DNA of 32,000 nucleotides, from the NCBI RefSeq assembly GCF_000155895.1, contig NZ_DS995298.1, positions 1,290,001 to 1,322,000 on the forward strand, in the 5' to 3' direction. This document shows positions 16,791 through 25,596 of the stretch, one piece after another. This DNA comes from Candidatus Pelagibacter sp. HTCC7211 (GTDB lineage: Bacteria > Pseudomonadota > Alphaproteobacteria > Pelagibacterales > Pelagibacteraceae). Position 1 is the stretch's first letter. The number at the start of each line of letters is the position of its first letter. Made by a program: the position numbers and the translations under genes. The notes beneath the pieces are model-generated. The model did not search any database. It was not told the origin of the DNA and saw only the letters and a list, made by a program, of their open reading frames with translations.

Positions 16791-17797
16791 AATACTTTCC
16801 CTTTAAATATTCCAGAGGGTCTATAGAGTAGAACAATAACAAGTATCGAAAATGATACTGCAAACTTATAGTCTGTTGATAAAAGTTGAACTAAACTTTC
16901 AGGCTCCATACTCTCTGGCAACATATACATAAAAAATTTTTTGTAAGCGTAAGTTAAAAATATTTCTGAAAAAGCAATAACATATCCTCCCAAAAATGCT
17001 CCAAAAGGGTTTCCAATACCTCCAACGATTGCAGCAGCAAAAATAGGAAGCATATTGTTAAAGTATGTAAATGGTTTAAAACTTTTATCTAAACCATATA
17101 AAGCACCACCAATAGTTGCTAAAATTCCAGCAATTATCCACGTAATCATAACAATTTTCTTTGGATCTATGCCTGAAAGAAGTGCCAAATCTTCATTATC
17201 AGAATATGCCTTCATGCTTTTTCCTGTCTTCGTTTTGTTTAAAAACCAAAATAACAAAGAAACTAATACTATTGTAACAAATATTGTTAGCACTTGAGTT
17301 GATTTTAATGCAAGACCTTCGTTTAAACCTGTCATCTCTTTAAACTCACGTGCTTTAATAATAAATTTTTCTCCATCAAAAAATCTTCTATCTGATGGAC
17401 CAATAATAATTCTTACAACTGCTTGAGTGACAAACATAACCCCAATACTTACCATTGCCAGTTGAACAGGTGGACTTTTGTTTGTTCGATAATATTTAAA
17501 CACAAATTTATCAATACTGAACATGTATAAAATCATGAAAATAATCGCAAAAGGAATGGCTAATAGTGCTGTAGGTAGAATACCAAGTGAAATTCCTAAA
17601 GATTGGAAATACCATGTAAACAAAATAGTAATCATTGTACCAAATGACATCATGTCTCCAGTAGCAAAATTAGCAAATCTTAAGATACCATAAATTAATG
17701 TTACAAAAATTGCACCAAGGGCTAATTGAGATCCATAGGTTAGGGCTGGAATAAAAATATAATTAAGTAAAAGTATTATTGCGTTTAATATATCCAT
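16787..17797 (-). CDS. HAAT-family ABC transporter permease (LivH-like, long form)
   Basis: 336 aa with the blocks FANFATGDMMSFG and KAYSDNEDLALLSGI, plus an insertion (PSDRRFFDGEKFIIKAREFKEMTG). Confidence 0.88.
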   Translation of the reverse strand: MDILNAIILLLNYIFIPALTYGSQLALGAIFVTLIYGILRFANFATGDMMSFGTMITILFTWYFQSLGISLGILPTALLAIPFAIIFMILYMFSIDKFVFKYYRTNKSPPVQLAMVSIGVMFVTQAVVRIIIGPSDRRFFDGEKFIIKAREFKEMTGLNEGLALKSTQVLTIFVTIVLVSLLFWFLNKTKTGKSMKAYSDNEDLALLSGIDPKKIVMITWIIAGILATIGGALYGLDKSFKPFTYFNNMLPIFAAAIVGGIGNPFGAFLGGYVIAFSEIFLTYAYKKFFMYMLPESMEPESLVQLLSTDYKFAVSFSILVIVLLYRPSGIFKGKVL

Positions 17798-17798
17798 A

Positions 17799-18506
17799 CT
17801 ACCCGCCTAAGAATGAGCTTCTAACTCTTGGATCGTTTAATAATTCATTTCCTGTTCCTGAATATCGATTTTCTCCAGTTACTAAAACATAACCTCTATC
17901 AGAAATATTTAATGCTTGTTTTGCATTTTGCTCAACCATTAAGATTGCAACATTGGTTCTTTTTACTTTAATAATATGGTCAAACAATTCATCCATTACT
18001 ATTGGGGAAACACCTGCCGTAGGTTCATCTAACATTAAAACAGTTGGTTTAATCATTAAAGCTCTTCCAAGAGCAACTTGTTGTCTCTGACCACCTGACA
18101 ATTCTCCAACAAACTGATTTCTTTTTTCTTTTAAAACCGGAAATAGCTCATAAATTTCCTCAATAATATTTTTTACGTCATCATTAACTAGGAATGCACC
18201 CATTTCTAAATTTTCTTCAACTGTCATACCAGCAAATACATTTTTTGTTTGAGGAACGAATGAAATACCCTCTTTAACTCTATCTTGTGGAGATAATTTT
18301 GAAATATCTTTTCCGTCAATTTTTACTGATCCAGATTTTAAATTAAGTAAACCAAGCATAGCTTTCATAGCTGTAGATTTTCCAGCTCCATTTGGACCTA
18401 GTATAGAAACTATTTCACCTTTATTTACGTCTACTGAACATGAATTAATGATATCAGGTCCATTTCCATAACCACCTGTCATTTCAATTCCTTCAAAATA
18501 TGCCAT
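17799..18506 (-). CDS. ABC transporter ATP-binding protein (LivF-like)
   Basis: 235 aa with Walker A GPNGAGKST, signature LSGGQRQ, and Walker B LMLDEP. Confidence 0.92.
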   Translation of the reverse strand: MAYFEGIEMTGGYGNGPDIINSCSVDVNKGEIVSILGPNGAGKSTAMKAMLGLLNLKSGSVKIDGKDISKLSPQDRVKEGISFVPQTKNVFAGMTVEENLEMGAFLVNDDVKNIIEEIYELFPVLKEKRNQFVGELSGGQRQQVALGRALMIKPTVLMLDEPTAGVSPIVMDELFDHIIKVKRTNVAILMVEQNAKQALNISDRGYVLVTGENRYSGTGNELLNDPRVRSSFLGG

Positions 18507-19294
18507 TACTTTGTATCCTTAAGTTTGGAGCCTCTTCCAAGATAACTTTCAATTACCTTTTCATCCTTTTTTGCTTCTTCAACTGATCCTTCAAATAAAA
18601 CTGATCCTTCAGCCATTACTATTACTGGATCACACAATCTACCAATAAAATCCATATCATGCTCAATCATACAAAAAGTATAGCCCTTCTCCCTATTTAG
18701 CTTTTCAATCGCAGTACCAAGATCTTTTAATAAAGTTCTATTTACTCCAGCACCAACCTCATCAAGTAGCACAAGTTTTGCATCTACCATCATCGTTCTT
18801 CCAAGTTCTAACAATTTTTTCTGTCCGCCAGATAGATTTCCAGCTAATTCATTTGATAAATGTCCTAAATTCAAAAAATTGACTACTTCTTTTGCTTTGT
18901 CTTTAATCACAGCTTCTTCTTGAGCTACCAGGCCAGGTTTAAACAATGCTGTCATTATTTTTTCTCCTGATTGATTTCCAGGAACCATCATCAGATTTTC
19001 TAAAACAGATAAATTGGTAAATTCGTGAGCAATTTGAAAAGTTCTTAAAAGTCCTTTTGAAAATAATTCATATGATGGAACATCAGTTATATTTTCTTCG
19101 TCAAAAGTAACATATCCATTTGAAGATTTTAAATTTCCAGCAATTAAATTAAATAATGTCGTCTTACCTGATCCGTTAGGTCCAATTATTCCTGTAATAC
19201 TTCCTCGTTTAACATTTAAAGAACAATCAGATACAGCAGCAATACCTCCAAAATATTTCGACAAATTACTAATCTCTAAAATATTTTCAGACAT
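18506..19294 (-). CDS. ABC transporter ATP-binding protein (LivG-like)
   Basis: 262 aa with Walker A GPNGSGKTT, signature LSGGQKK, Walker B VLLDEV, and a LivG-type C-terminal extension. Confidence 0.92.
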   Translation of the reverse strand: MSENILEISNLSKYFGGIAAVSDCSLNVKRGSITGIIGPNGSGKTTLFNLIAGNLKSSNGYVTFDEENITDVPSYELFSKGLLRTFQIAHEFTNLSVLENLMMVPGNQSGEKIMTALFKPGLVAQEEAVIKDKAKEVVNFLNLGHLSNELAGNLSGGQKKLLELGRTMMVDAKLVLLDEVGAGVNRTLLKDLGTAIEKLNREKGYTFCMIEHDMDFIGRLCDPVIVMAEGSVLFEGSVEEAKKDEKVIESYLGRGSKLKDTK

Positions 19295-19299
19295 CTAAT

Positions 19300-20067
19300 T
19301 TATTTATTTAATCTTCGATGAATACTGTCTAAAGTTTTTTCAAGGGATTTATAAAAACCTGCTTTAGTTAATTCCTTCACACCTTGTTCATTCAATCCTT
19401 TTGGCGTTTGAGAATCTTTAACTAAATTTTTTAAGTTTTTTTTTGAATTTACCACAGCATCTTCAGATAATGCTAAAAACAGAGAGGTAATATATTTTTG
19501 AGCATTACTTCTTTTTACTCCTCTTTTTACTAGCCAATCAGTCATAACTCTCAACACCTCATAAAAAGGTGCCATCATTCCAGAAGTTGACCAAAAATTT
19601 ATTGAAGATTTTTCATTTTTAATTTCGACTGTTGTTCCAAGCTTATTAAAAAATGCTTTTACTTTTGGATTAGGAGGGCAAATAGGTACCGGACCTTTCT
19701 TTAATGCAATTGGAGGAAGAGGTATTGCTCTAACAATTGATACTTTTTTGTTAATTGCTTTTTTTAATTGAGACAAAGTTATAGTTGAAATAAAGCTAAC
19801 AACAGTTTGTTTGGATTTAAATTTTAAATCTTTTATAATTTTTTCACCAACAATTGGTGTAACAGATAAAAATACCCAATTAGACTGATCTACAATTTGT
19901 TGGTTATCTTTAGCGATAACTATTTTTTTAAACTTTCTTTTTAAACCTTGTGCTATTTTTTTATTTCTTAGTGAAATAATTATTTTTTTGAAAGAAATAT
20001 TTGATTTACATATTCCAGTAATCACTGAAGCAGCAATTTTTCCTGTACCAATAAAACCTAAAATCAT
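19300..20067 (-). CDS. Pyrroline-5-carboxylate-reductase-family (ProC-like) NAD(P)H oxidoreductase, divergent
   Basis: 255 aa with an N-terminal dinucleotide-binding motif ILGFIGTGKIA, followed by a P5CR-type dimerisation region. The usual SPGGTT motif is degenerate here (TPKGLNEQ). Confidence 0.65.
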   Translation of the reverse strand: MILGFIGTGKIAASVITGICKSNISFKKIIISLRNKKIAQGLKRKFKKIVIAKDNQQIVDQSNWVFLSVTPIVGEKIIKDLKFKSKQTVVSFISTITLSQLKKAINKKVSIVRAIPLPPIALKKGPVPICPPNPKVKAFFNKLGTTVEIKNEKSSINFWSTSGMMAPFYEVLRVMTDWLVKRGVKRSNAQKYITSLFLALSEDAVVNSKKNLKNLVKDSQTPKGLNEQGVKELTKAGFYKSLEKTLDSIHRRLNK

Positions 20068-20099
20068 AATTTTGGTTACTTTATATTGATTATATTGAA

Positions 20100-21011
20100 T
20101 TAATTAACAAAAAAAGAACCTCTAATTCTTAGTAATTCTCTACTTAATTCCTTATTTTCTTTGAAAGGTTTTCTACCATGAAGCCAGAAATAATTATTTG
20201 CGATCACAGAGTAACCAACAGGTAATTTTGTAATTATTTTATTTTTACTCTCCTCTAATCCATCAGATAATCTCTGCAAAAAATTTCCTTGTTCCATATT
20301 TTGTGGTTCAGGAAATTGATCTATGTATGAAATTGTTGGTCTTCCCTCTCCATCTGACGAAAAAACTGGGTGTTCAACTTTATAATCAATATTTTTACTT
20401 TTTGGTGATCCCCAAACAAACTTTTGTTTTCCTATGGGATCATTATATAAATCGAAACAATGTTCCCAGTCATCAAGGTGTAACATTGCAGTCTCTCCAC
20501 CTTCTACATTTTGTTCATCAATTTTAGTCATAATTAACCAATCAGTAACATCTTTGACATATGTTCCATCTGTGTGAAGATCCATATTTCTATAAGCTTT
20601 TCTCAAATATGAGTCGCTAGTATCTTCATGTTTTACGTGAAAACGAGCGTAATATTTTCCAGTCATGGCATCATGATTTGGCACACCTATAAGATGAGCG
20701 ATTGCAGTTGACAACTTAACTAAAAATGTATCATTAATTTTTGTAGTTATGTTTTTTGGTCCTATGATAAAACAACCTGTCGATCTATCTCTAATGATTG
20801 AATTCATCAAATCACTTAATTTATTGTTTGTTAAATCATCTAAACTTTTAGCTAAAGTAAATCTTGTAAATGGTTTGAGTTCTAATGCTGTTAAATCAAA
20901 TTTATTAAAAGGAAAAATTAATTTATCTATAATATCATTTTCTAAACTAATCTTAACGATCCTATTTGAATGATCATGCTCTTGAATATCTATACCCGTA
21001 ATTTTTTGCAT
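20100..21011 (-). CDS. csiD: CsiD-like Fe(II)/2-oxoglutarate dioxygenase (glutarate 2-hydroxylase family)
   Basis: 303 aa. Long colinear matches to E. coli CsiD as I recall it: LSTAIAHLIGVPNHDAMTGKYYARF, DSYLR, MDLHTDGTYV (H-x-D), IMTKIDEQNVEGGE, LHLDDWEH, YIDQF, and FWLHGR (distal His). Physiological substrate is unverified. Confidence 0.75.
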   Translation of the reverse strand: MQKITGIDIQEHDHSNRIVKISLENDIIDKLIFPFNKFDLTALELKPFTRFTLAKSLDDLTNNKLSDLMNSIIRDRSTGCFIIGPKNITTKINDTFLVKLSTAIAHLIGVPNHDAMTGKYYARFHVKHEDTSDSYLRKAYRNMDLHTDGTYVKDVTDWLIMTKIDEQNVEGGETAMLHLDDWEHCFDLYNDPIGKQKFVWGSPKSKNIDYKVEHPVFSSDGEGRPTISYIDQFPEPQNMEQGNFLQRLSDGLEESKNKIITKLPVGYSVIANNYFWLHGRKPFKENKELSRELLRIRGSFFVN

Positions 21012-21051
21012 TCTAAATTTTATTTTACCTTAGTTTATAAATCAATTTTAA

Positions 21052-21387
21052 TTAGATATAATTATTAATAATAGCCATACAAAAAGCAGAGAAAATTGTA
21101 GGATAAACAAAGTTTTTCTTTGAAATGAAAAAAACAAACAAAGATAACAATACAACAAGTAATCTACTGGAATAACTTGCATCTATTAAAATACCAGCAG
21201 GAAAAATTATAGTTCTTGCTATTAATGCTGCCAAGGTTGCGTAGGCTAAACAATTAAACCATTTAAAAAGTTTTGAGGTTTCTTTTATGCCCTCAGATGT
21301 AATAGCACCCAAAAATCTAGATAAAAATGTTGCTAAAGAAGTTACCAGGATTGCATATACTATATTAGCTGACACTGTGCTCTCCAA
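21052..21387 (-). CDS. azlD: AzlD-family branched-chain amino-acid transport protein
   Basis: 111 aa with 3-4 helices. It overlaps the upstream AzlC-like gene by 23 nt, the canonical azlCD arrangement. Confidence 0.75.
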   Translation of the reverse strand: MESTVSANIVYAILVTSLATFLSRFLGAITSEGIKETSKLFKWFNCLAYATLAALIARTIIFPAGILIDASYSSRLLVVLLSLFVFFISKKNFVYPTIFSAFCMAIINNYI

Positions 21388-22069
21388 CTAGGTAAGCTAT
21401 AGTTCCACCAATCACACCTGCCAATAAAATTGACCACTCGGGTGAAAATAAATATATAATTGGTCCTAATATAATTCCAAGCAAAACTGATAGAGTTATT
21501 GGTATATTTTTTGATGCCCCAACCATCATGCATAAAAAATAAACTGGATTAAGAATTGCTAATCCCATCATCATATCTTTATTCAAATACTCTGATAAAG
21601 AAAAACCCAAAAATGTGCCAATAACTGATACACTTACTGTTGCACTTCCAATGCCAATCCAGTAATCAATTCTGTATTTTTTTGGAATTTGTTTGTAATT
21701 ACTTTTCATGATCAGCCAAGCAGAAACAGCAATAAAATGACAAGAAAAGTAGTATTTCCACTTAGGTTGACTTTTGTGCATCATTAAAGGAAATAAAGAT
21801 ACAGCCATAGGGTAAAGTCTTGCATTAACAAACCAAACCGCTAAAAAAATATTTAATAAGGATGCTCCAATTAACATGGACTCAGCCATAACTAATGAGC
21901 CAGGCAAAGCATAAGTTAAAACAGTTGAAAAAATACTCTCCTGAATGTTAAAACCTAAATTTTTAAAAAGAGCTCCAATAGCTACAAAACAACAAGTGAG
22001 AGCTATTGCTGGACTGTCATGAGTAAATATTGAGCTATATCCTTTTAAGAAAAAACTTTTCTTAATCAT
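21365..22069 (-). CDS. azlC: AzlC-family branched-chain amino-acid exporter subunit
   Basis: 234 aa, multi-TM, with AzlC-like blocks (ALPGSLVMAE, NARLYPM). The ATG overlaps the LivF-like stop by 1 nt (TAATG). Confidence 0.78.
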   Translation of the reverse strand: MIKKSFFLKGYSSIFTHDSPAIALTCCFVAIGALFKNLGFNIQESIFSTVLTYALPGSLVMAESMLIGASLLNIFLAVWFVNARLYPMAVSLFPLMMHKSQPKWKYYFSCHFIAVSAWLIMKSNYKQIPKKYRIDYWIGIGSATVSVSVIGTFLGFSLSEYLNKDMMMGLAILNPVYFLCMMVGASKNIPITLSVLLGIILGPIIYLFSPEWSILLAGVIGGTIAYLVGEHSVS

Positions 22070-22854
22070 TATCCACCAAGGAACAATCTACCAACGTCAG
22101 GATTTTTAAGTAAATCATCTCCCTTTCCTGCAATTGCAGTTTGTCCCGACACCAAAACATATCCTATATCTGCAAACTCAAGACCTTTTTTAGCATTTTG
22201 CTCTACTAGAATAATAGTTTTTTTTTCATTTTCTTGAAGATCTCTTAAAATTTCAAAAACCATATCTATGTATCTTGGTTCCAAACCAATCGATGGTTCA
22301 TCTACTAACAATACTGATGGCTTCATAACTAACGCTCTAGATATTTCTAGCAATCTTCTTTCACCACCTGATAAAACTTTTGCTGGCTGGTTTCTTCTAT
22401 TTCTTAATCTTTCATATTTTTGAAAAATTCTTTCAGCTTCTTGATATGACTCATCCGTTTTTTCTTTAATATATCCTCCCATTAACAAGTTTTCTTCGAC
22501 AGTCATGTCAGGAAATACTGAATTATCTTGAAGTATATAAGCTATACCAACTGACTTTAATTTTTCAGCAGGAGTAAGATTTGTAATCTCTTTTCCTTCT
22601 ATTTCAATCTGACCAGAAAAAATATTTGTAAATCCATAGATTGAATGAAGTATAGTTGACTTACCTGCTCCGTTTGGACCAATCAAACATAAAGACTGAG
22701 CTTTATTTACAAATAAATCAAAATTATGCAAAATTTCCATTTTTCCATAACCAGCATTTAAATTATTTATAGTTAAGTGAATTTCTTCAGGCGATAATTT
22801 TTTTAAATCCTCTGGTGTTGGAGCTTTTCCTAATACTTCATATTGATTTGCCAT
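22069..22854 (-). CDS. ABC transporter ATP-binding protein (LivF-like, with ~25-aa N-terminal extension)
   Basis: 261 aa with Walker A GPNGAGKST, signature LSGGERR, and Walker B LLVDEP. Confidence 0.92.
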   Translation of the reverse strand: MANQYEVLGKAPTPEDLKKLSPEEIHLTINNLNAGYGKMEILHNFDLFVNKAQSLCLIGPNGAGKSTILHSIYGFTNIFSGQIEIEGKEITNLTPAEKLKSVGIAYILQDNSVFPDMTVEENLLMGGYIKEKTDESYQEAERIFQKYERLRNRRNQPAKVLSGGERRLLEISRALVMKPSVLLVDEPSIGLEPRYIDMVFEILRDLQENEKKTIILVEQNAKKGLEFADIGYVLVSGQTAIAGKGDDLLKNPDVGRLFLGG

Positions 22855-23594
22855 TATTGAGCTCCTAAATACGCGTCTATAACACGTTTATCATTTTTAA
22901 TTTCATTTGGAGAACCATTAGCTAACATTTTACCATGAGCTAAGCAAAAAATGTCTTCTGCTAACTGCATTATTACTCTCATATTATGCTCGATCACTAA
23001 AAGTGTTATTCCAAAATCTTGATTTACCTTAATTAATCTATCGATTATTCCATTTATCAATGTCGGATTAATTCCCGCTGTTGGCTCATCCAATAATAAC
23101 ATTTCAGGCTCATTCATTAATGCCATTGCAAGTTCTAATAACTTTTGTTGACCAAATGAGAGGTCCCCTGCTCTAAGTTTTCTTTTTTGAAATAACCCTA
23201 CGAAATTTAATAAGTTTTCAGCTTTATCTGTTAATTCTTGTGGAATTTTAGAAAATATTTTCATTAAGTCTGCGTCACTACCTTTGTGACTAATAAGCAT
23301 ATTTTCTATGCAGTTAAGCTTTCCATAAATTCTAGTCTGTTGAAATGTCCTTAATAATCCTAGCTTTGCAATTACGGGGACTGGCAACTCTGAGACTTCT
23401 TTGCCATTAAATTTTATTGATCCATTATCTATAGGATAAGTTCCTACAATCGAATTAAATAATGTGGTTTTGCCTGAGCCATTTGGCCCAATTAATCCAA
23501 CTATCTTACCTTTTTCAACATTCATTGAGATGTCAACATTAGCTTTAACACCACCAAATGATTTACTTACATTACTTACTTCTAAAATACTCAC
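22854..23594 (-). CDS. ABC transporter ATP-binding protein (LivG-like)
   Basis: 246 aa with Walker A GPNGSGKTT, signature LSFGQQK, and Walker B LLLDEP. Confidence 0.92.
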   Translation of the reverse strand: MSILEVSNVSKSFGGVKANVDISMNVEKGKIVGLIGPNGSGKTTLFNSIVGTYPIDNGSIKFNGKEVSELPVPVIAKLGLLRTFQQTRIYGKLNCIENMLISHKGSDADLMKIFSKIPQELTDKAENLLNFVGLFQKRKLRAGDLSFGQQKLLELAMALMNEPEMLLLDEPTAGINPTLINGIIDRLIKVNQDFGITLLVIEHNMRVIMQLAEDIFCLAHGKMLANGSPNEIKNDKRVIDAYLGAQ

Positions 23595-24640
23595 TTAAGT
23601 TCTACCTGTGCTTTACGATCTTTTTCATCAACTACTTCACCAAATCTCTCTGGATATTTTTCTCTTAACCATCCCATAATTCCCTCAGGGAAATAAATTA
23701 CAATCACAACAATCAAGACTCCTAAAGCTACATACTGCCAACCTAAAAAGAATGTCCAAAAGCCTTCTTTAAATATATGAAAAACAGTTGCACCAATAAT
23801 TGGACCCCAAAGTGTTCCTTTGCCACCAAGTATTGCCATCAATACCATGAATACTCCCATCTCTCTTCCATCGAACGCAACATCAGTAGAGTCGATATAT
23901 CCAACTAAGCCGCCCATTATTCCACCTGCTAATCCACAAAAGAATGCTGAGATCATCCAGCCAATAATTTTGTATTTCATTGTTTCAATACCCATTGCTT
24001 CAGCTTTGTCCTCATTATCTCTGATAGCGTTAAGTATTAATTTAAATCTTGTAGGATATATTGAACGAACAGCAATGAATGTAAGTACCAATGTAAAGAA
24101 GCTTAAGAAATAAAAAAATTCACCTCTTGATTCTAAACTTCCTACATCAGGAAATGGTGGAGTAGTGAAGCCTTGTCCAGCTCCAATGATCTCAATTCCT
24201 CCAGAAATTTCACCTGCTGCAACTCCTAATCCTAATGTACAAATTGCAAAATAATGTCCTCTAAGTCCTAAAATAGAGTATCCAATTAAACCTGCTACAA
24301 TAGTTGGTACAACTGCAGCTACTATCAATCCAACAGCCATTCCTTGAAAAAACTGAGTTGGAGTATGAACAAATGTTTTTTCACCCCCACTTTCTGTCCA
24401 CTCTGCTAATGGAAAAAACATTCCAACTTGTACAGAAGCACATAGATACATGCCAAGACCATAAAAGAGAATATTTCCAAATGAATTATAGCCCATTTCA
24501 CCACCCTGAATATTCCAGGTTGTAGCAAGAATAATTAATACACAAAGTATTGATAACTGAACTTTAAAAGCTGGAAATATAAATGGAGCGGCTATACCAA
24601 AAATTAAAATTCCAATATATAAAATTAAATTATTTTTCAT
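23591..24640 (-). CDS. HAAT-family ABC transporter permease (LivM-like)
   Basis: 349 aa, multi-TM, with the conserved NAIRDNEDKAEAMG block. A 4-nt overlap joins it to the downstream gene. Confidence 0.9.
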   Translation of the reverse strand: MKNNLILYIGILIFGIAAPFIFPAFKVQLSILCVLIILATTWNIQGGEMGYNSFGNILFYGLGMYLCASVQVGMFFPLAEWTESGGEKTFVHTPTQFFQGMAVGLIVAAVVPTIVAGLIGYSILGLRGHYFAICTLGLGVAAGEISGGIEIIGAGQGFTTPPFPDVGSLESRGEFFYFLSFFTLVLTFIAVRSIYPTRFKLILNAIRDNEDKAEAMGIETMKYKIIGWMISAFFCGLAGGIMGGLVGYIDSTDVAFDGREMGVFMVLMAILGGKGTLWGPIIGATVFHIFKEGFWTFFLGWQYVALGVLIVVIVIYFPEGIMGWLREKYPERFGEVVDEKDRKAQVELK

Positions 24641-25533
24641 TATTTTAAGTATTCTCTTTTCCTTGATAATTTAAATCTTCTGTAAACAAGTATTAAAACT
24701 AGAAGTAAAAATACAGATCCTATTCTAAATTCTGTTCCTAAAATATAATCAGCGAATTCTTCAAAAACACCTAATCCCATACCTGACATTGCAACACCCG
24801 GTAAATTTCCTAATCCAGCAATAATGACAATCATAAATGATCTTATTGTGTATGGTAAACCCATATAAGGATGGATAGTAAATGTTATGGATATTAATGC
24901 ACCAGCGACACCACAAAGGGCTGCATTGATACCAAAAGTAGCTGCATAAACTTTTTCTGTATCTACGCCTAAAATCTTTGCTGCTCTTGCATTTTGTGCT
25001 GTAGCTCTAATTGCACGACCAAGCTTCGATTTTTTCATATAAATTACTAAACAAATTGCGAATAAAACACTTATAAAAGCTGAAAATATTTTTGAATTTG
25101 GCAATACAACATTATTATTAAATAACATAGTTGTTCCATAATCTGAATTTGCGAGAACAACATCAGCTCCAAATGCAAAGTTCATTAATTGCATGAAAAG
25201 AATACTTATTCCAAAAGTAGCTAAAATAGAGATAAATAAATCCCTATCTACTACTTTATTAATTACAAGTTTGTAAATTGCTATACCTACAAAGAACATT
25301 ATTATTGGAGATACAATTACTCCCCAAGCTGGATGAATTCCATATAGATACATGAAGTAAGCAATGTATCCACCTAATATAACAAGATCTCCTTGAGCAA
25401 TATTAATTATATTCATTACCCCCCATTGAAGCGCCATACCATATGCAATCAATGCAAATAAAATTCCAAGTAAAACTCCATCCAAACATGCTTGAACAGA
25501 AATCATTGGATATTGAAAAACCATGAAATCCAT
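24640..25533 (-). CDS. HAAT-family ABC transporter permease (LivH-like)
   Basis: 297 aa with NIINIAQGDLVILGGY and RATAQNARAAKILGV blocks. A 1-nt overlap joins it to the downstream gene. Confidence 0.9.
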   Translation of the reverse strand: MDFMVFQYPMISVQACLDGVLLGILFALIAYGMALQWGVMNIINIAQGDLVILGGYIAYFMYLYGIHPAWGVIVSPIIMFFVGIAIYKLVINKVVDRDLFISILATFGISILFMQLMNFAFGADVVLANSDYGTTMLFNNNVVLPNSKIFSAFISVLFAICLVIYMKKSKLGRAIRATAQNARAAKILGVDTEKVYAATFGINAALCGVAGALISITFTIHPYMGLPYTIRSFMIVIIAGLGNLPGVAMSGMGLGVFEEFADYILGTEFRIGSVFLLLVLILVYRRFKLSRKREYLK

Positions 25534-25543
25534 AATGAACCTT

Positions 25544-25582
25544 TAAAAAAATACCCCCTATATATAATATATTAGGGGGTAT
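25544..25582 (-). terminator. Intercistronic hairpin + U-run (partial terminator/attenuator) between the binding-protein gene and the permease genes
   Basis: ATACCCCCTA (25551-25560) and TAGGGGGTAT (25573-25582) are exact reverse complements around a 12-nt AT loop. On the - strand the hairpin is followed by T7 (25550-25544), then AAAGG and the ATG at 25533. Confidence 0.75.
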
Positions 25583-25596
25583 TTATAGATTTGTTT

